From NCBI GenBank assembly GCA_001949185.1, contig BDGG01000002.1, positions 6,376,448 to 6,440,447 of the forward strand: a stretch of 64,000 bases of DNA, given 5' to 3'. A program made the position numbers and the translations under genes. Positions 61,041 to 64,000 of this stretch are shown piece by piece. Under the pieces are notes generated by a model. It made no database searches. It was not told the DNA's origin and was given only the letters and a program-made list of their open reading frames with translations. Positions within the stretch are counted from its first letter, which is position 1. Each line of letters opens with the position of its first letter. The DNA is from Ramazzottius varieornatus (Eukaryota > Animalia > Tardigrada).

Positions 61041-61474
61041 TTCAATGCGCACTGGGCAAGTCCTTCATGGGCTCTAGGCTTCTAGCTATGAGTTCTCGAC
61101 GACACCATAAATTTCGCTTTGAGAATTCCTCCTTATTAATTGGGCCAGCGGCAGAGTAAATCAGTAAGGCGGGGCTATCTTGGAAAGTATGGAGCGGGAA
61201 GAAAGAGAAAATTACGTGAACTCGCCCAATCAAGATTATCCAAGTCGAAGGTGTTGTTCGCTAATTGCTCTCTAACGAATATTCTTCAATTTCATGCTCC
61301 GTTCCCTATGATGTCATCTGGCCACGCCTTACTGATCCACTCTGCCGCTGGCCCATTATTGCTAGTATCACTTTTCTCGAAGGAGAAAATAAACATGGGT
61401 GCCTCCCGCGAACTCGATGATGCAACGATGCTCCGGACTTCAGAGCGCTACGAACTTGCATTCAGGGCCTTGAA
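61041..61474. mobile_element. Degenerate foldback/long-inverted-repeat element
   Basis: Core arms tgggccagcggcagagtaaatcagtaaggcggggcta (61141-61177) / tggccacgccttactgatccactctgccgctggccca (61319-61355); weaker pairing extends to both ends. Confidence 0.7.
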
Positions 61475-61661
61475 ATAGGGTTTTGTTTACAGTTTCGAGC
61501 GATCTTACTGATGGTCGATCTTTTTAGTGTGAATTGGTGGAGAACAGAAAAGTTTCGAAAGATAAGTGAGGGTGAGAATACGCTGTGAGAGTTCATTGCT
61601 CTGACCACACAGGAGAGACGCACGCCGCACGCGGGCTGTTTCAAGAGTTTGTAACTGTTTA

Positions 61662-62094
61662 CAGTAAGGGCTTACAAAGACTAAGCTGGCTTGGTGGCGT
61701 AATTACACCAGCTACTTCGGTGGATACGCCCAGAAATTTTTTTGACCAGTTAGGCAAGCGGTGAAACGGCTTGCTTTGAAAGCCTCGCACTGCAGATAAG
61801 TACGATCGGAGGATTATGAGATCTGTGATGTCGGAGGAACCACCATACACTCAACCGTAGGACGAGTAGGGAAGACGTCGTCATGGAAGTGACATTTGAA
61901 GGTTTGGAGGGGAGCACTCGGGATGTTGGTTGCATCTGGTGTAATTACGAGTCGCTCCGGAACGACTCGTAATTACACCGAAAGTGTAATGTCTGGTGGA
62001 ATGAATAAGCCAATCGCAAGGGTGTGGGTGGAGCCAATTACATCAGCGTTGTAATTCCACCAGCGGTGTAATCTATCCTTGTAAGCCCTTAGTG
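61662..62094. mobile_element. TA-flanked Tc1/mariner-type MITE (~433 bp)
   Basis: TA|cagtaagggcttacaaaga ... tccttgtaagcccttagtg|TA; internal gtaattacacc repeats in both orientations. Confidence 0.8.
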
Positions 62095-64000
62095 TACGAC
62101 AAAATAAACCGCTAAATATGGGTATTGGATGGAGCCAGATGGATAGAGCCAATGAAATTTGCGCGTGCAGAAAAATATAATTCTCATTGGCTGAGTTGTA
62201 AACAAGATCTGGCTGCAGTATTACGCCCATTTTTAACGGTTAATTTTGTCGTACACTGCATACGCAAGTGTACCGACACGTCTAGCCAGGAGCTAGAGCA
62301 CAACATAACAAACGTGGCAGCCTTCCACTGATTTTAGAAAATTCCATACGTACATGCAAAATGGTGGGACCTTCCTGCATATTTTACAATGATGATTATG
62401 TGGCAAAAGTTGCAGTGAAGTACACAACTGCTACTCAGTTCCGCCCGTGATGCGGCGGACAAGTGGCGTCCCTCCTACGCCAAGGTTCGTCGAACTCGCG
62501 GAAAACCCACTGAGATTCCGCAATCTTATGGGTTCCTCATCATTAACGTCGCGACTCTCGAAACTAATTGTGCACTCAATGTGCAGCTGTCGTTTGTGCG
62601 TGTCATGAATCTTACATGGTGTGAATGTATCAATGGCTCAACAAATCAGATGTTGGTCCTCTACTTTTATAGATAGGGTCCCTCGGTCGTGCACTGTACC
62701 AGGAATGCTCTTAGGCTCTGTGGATTCCACAGTAGCCAAAAGCCTTGTAAATCGATGTCGTTTGCGTGATATACGTCGCCAACGTGCCTATTTCTTGTCT
62801 TGGTGCTTATCGGCCATGGCCATTAACTTCGGTGTTGTCCCCGTTAGACAAGATTCTAGCTCACGCGCCACGACGGAAATATTACGGGCTGGCCTACAAA
62901 ATAACGTCCGCATAAGTTAATAGTTTTGCAAACGTTAGAGGCATCAGCCGTCAAATGGAAGCATCATCCGCCCAAAGCTTTGACGTACGTTTCGTGGCAC
63001 GGATGCCGTCGCGGATCGAATCCGAATACGATCCGGGAAAGCTTTGGGAACTTCAGAGAACGTAGATGACACGTGGATGCAAAACAATCTCATTGTGGAA
63101 GATCTGTATAAAGTTTGTCACATATTCGCTGGTTTCTCGATGTATGAAGAGAATTGCTCCCACTGAAAACAGAACATGGGCTTTCGGTCCTGTTCCGTTA
63201 TCAAATTTGTTTAATTTACTTGGCGGCGCCCTGCGTCATTGTAGAAGTCTTATCATCGGGCATTCTCACGATATCAAGTAAAGATGAGCACTTCAATCGT
63301 CGCCACTGATCAGTAACATAATTGCCCAGATATTCGTCCGATCCATGATAATCATCTGCAACCACCTAAATAAAAATTCACGTGAGACCCCATGCTTTCA
63401 AGTTGATTGCCGATTCTGGGCATGAATTTTAGGGTCTATTATCGTACATAACCGCCATTCTTCACAAGCCAAAGTTTTGGTTGCGGTTGAATCACAGTGC
63501 ATTCCGTTCGCGGAACATGTGCCACACCACGTTGCGTCATGCTTGTACTGTACCTTAACGTTTTTTATCCGCTGGTTCCTTATCATGCGCTTGAATCCAG
63601 AATAAACACCGGTTCTTCGCTTAGCGAAACTGAGGCATCCTTATCTCGCTTGGGCGCCGTTTAATCACTTCGGTATTTGCCTTCTCATACTGTCGTCACA
63701 ATCGGCTGGGGGCTGCCCGTTGCTTCGTCGAAGGATGGAGACTCTGGGCACAACGGCTCAGAACTTAGTCAGGCAGGGGAACCGAGACAGGCCTAGAGGC
63801 TTGCGGATGCCGCACAGCAGGGCTTCCGACCCACCAGTGCGATCTTCCTGCCTGGAAGCACCGTAGTCCTCCTAGCCACACCGAACCTGCTCACACCACC
63901 CTCTGCTTTATGACTTGACTAGAAAAGAAGGCACAGTTCTAATTCTAAGGAAACTACAGTATGAGCGAGCAATAAGGAAGTCCATTCATTTTACTGCCGA

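Noticed and set aside
1-64000. tRNA, rRNA or snRNA genes
   Set aside because: No cloverleaf with A/B boxes or rRNA-like sequence recognised by eye; a covariance-model scan would be needed to exclude them.

Overview
Compact-genome invertebrate animal DNA with short GT-AG introns (the style suggests a tardigrade-like ecdysozoan, but this is a guess). From left to right: (1) the 5' ~21 kb of a giant muscle gene on the minus strand. I could splice it by hand in one continuous frame through 31 exons (~5,200 aa, running off the left edge). It joins an obscurin/UNC-89-type SH3-RhoGEF(DH)-PH head to a titin/twitchin-type body of Ig, FN3 and a long E/T/K/V/P-rich repeat region. (2) A Onecut (CUT + homeodomain) gene with a ~6 kb intron and a 60-nt in-frame exon in the CUT-HD linker. 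(3) A 36-44 kb nest of DNA transposons: a long-TIR element carrying an OTU/vertnin-like protease ORF, and a decayed hAT transposase inserted into the TIR of a hAT MITE. (4) A tight cluster of GTF3C5, a WD40 gene, CEP83 and RNMT. (5) A mostly non-coding right end holding a candidate 5-exon orphan gene and MITEs. A ~110-120 bp palindromic repeat family occurs six times, always in introns. Coordinates were counted by hand and may be off by a few bases.
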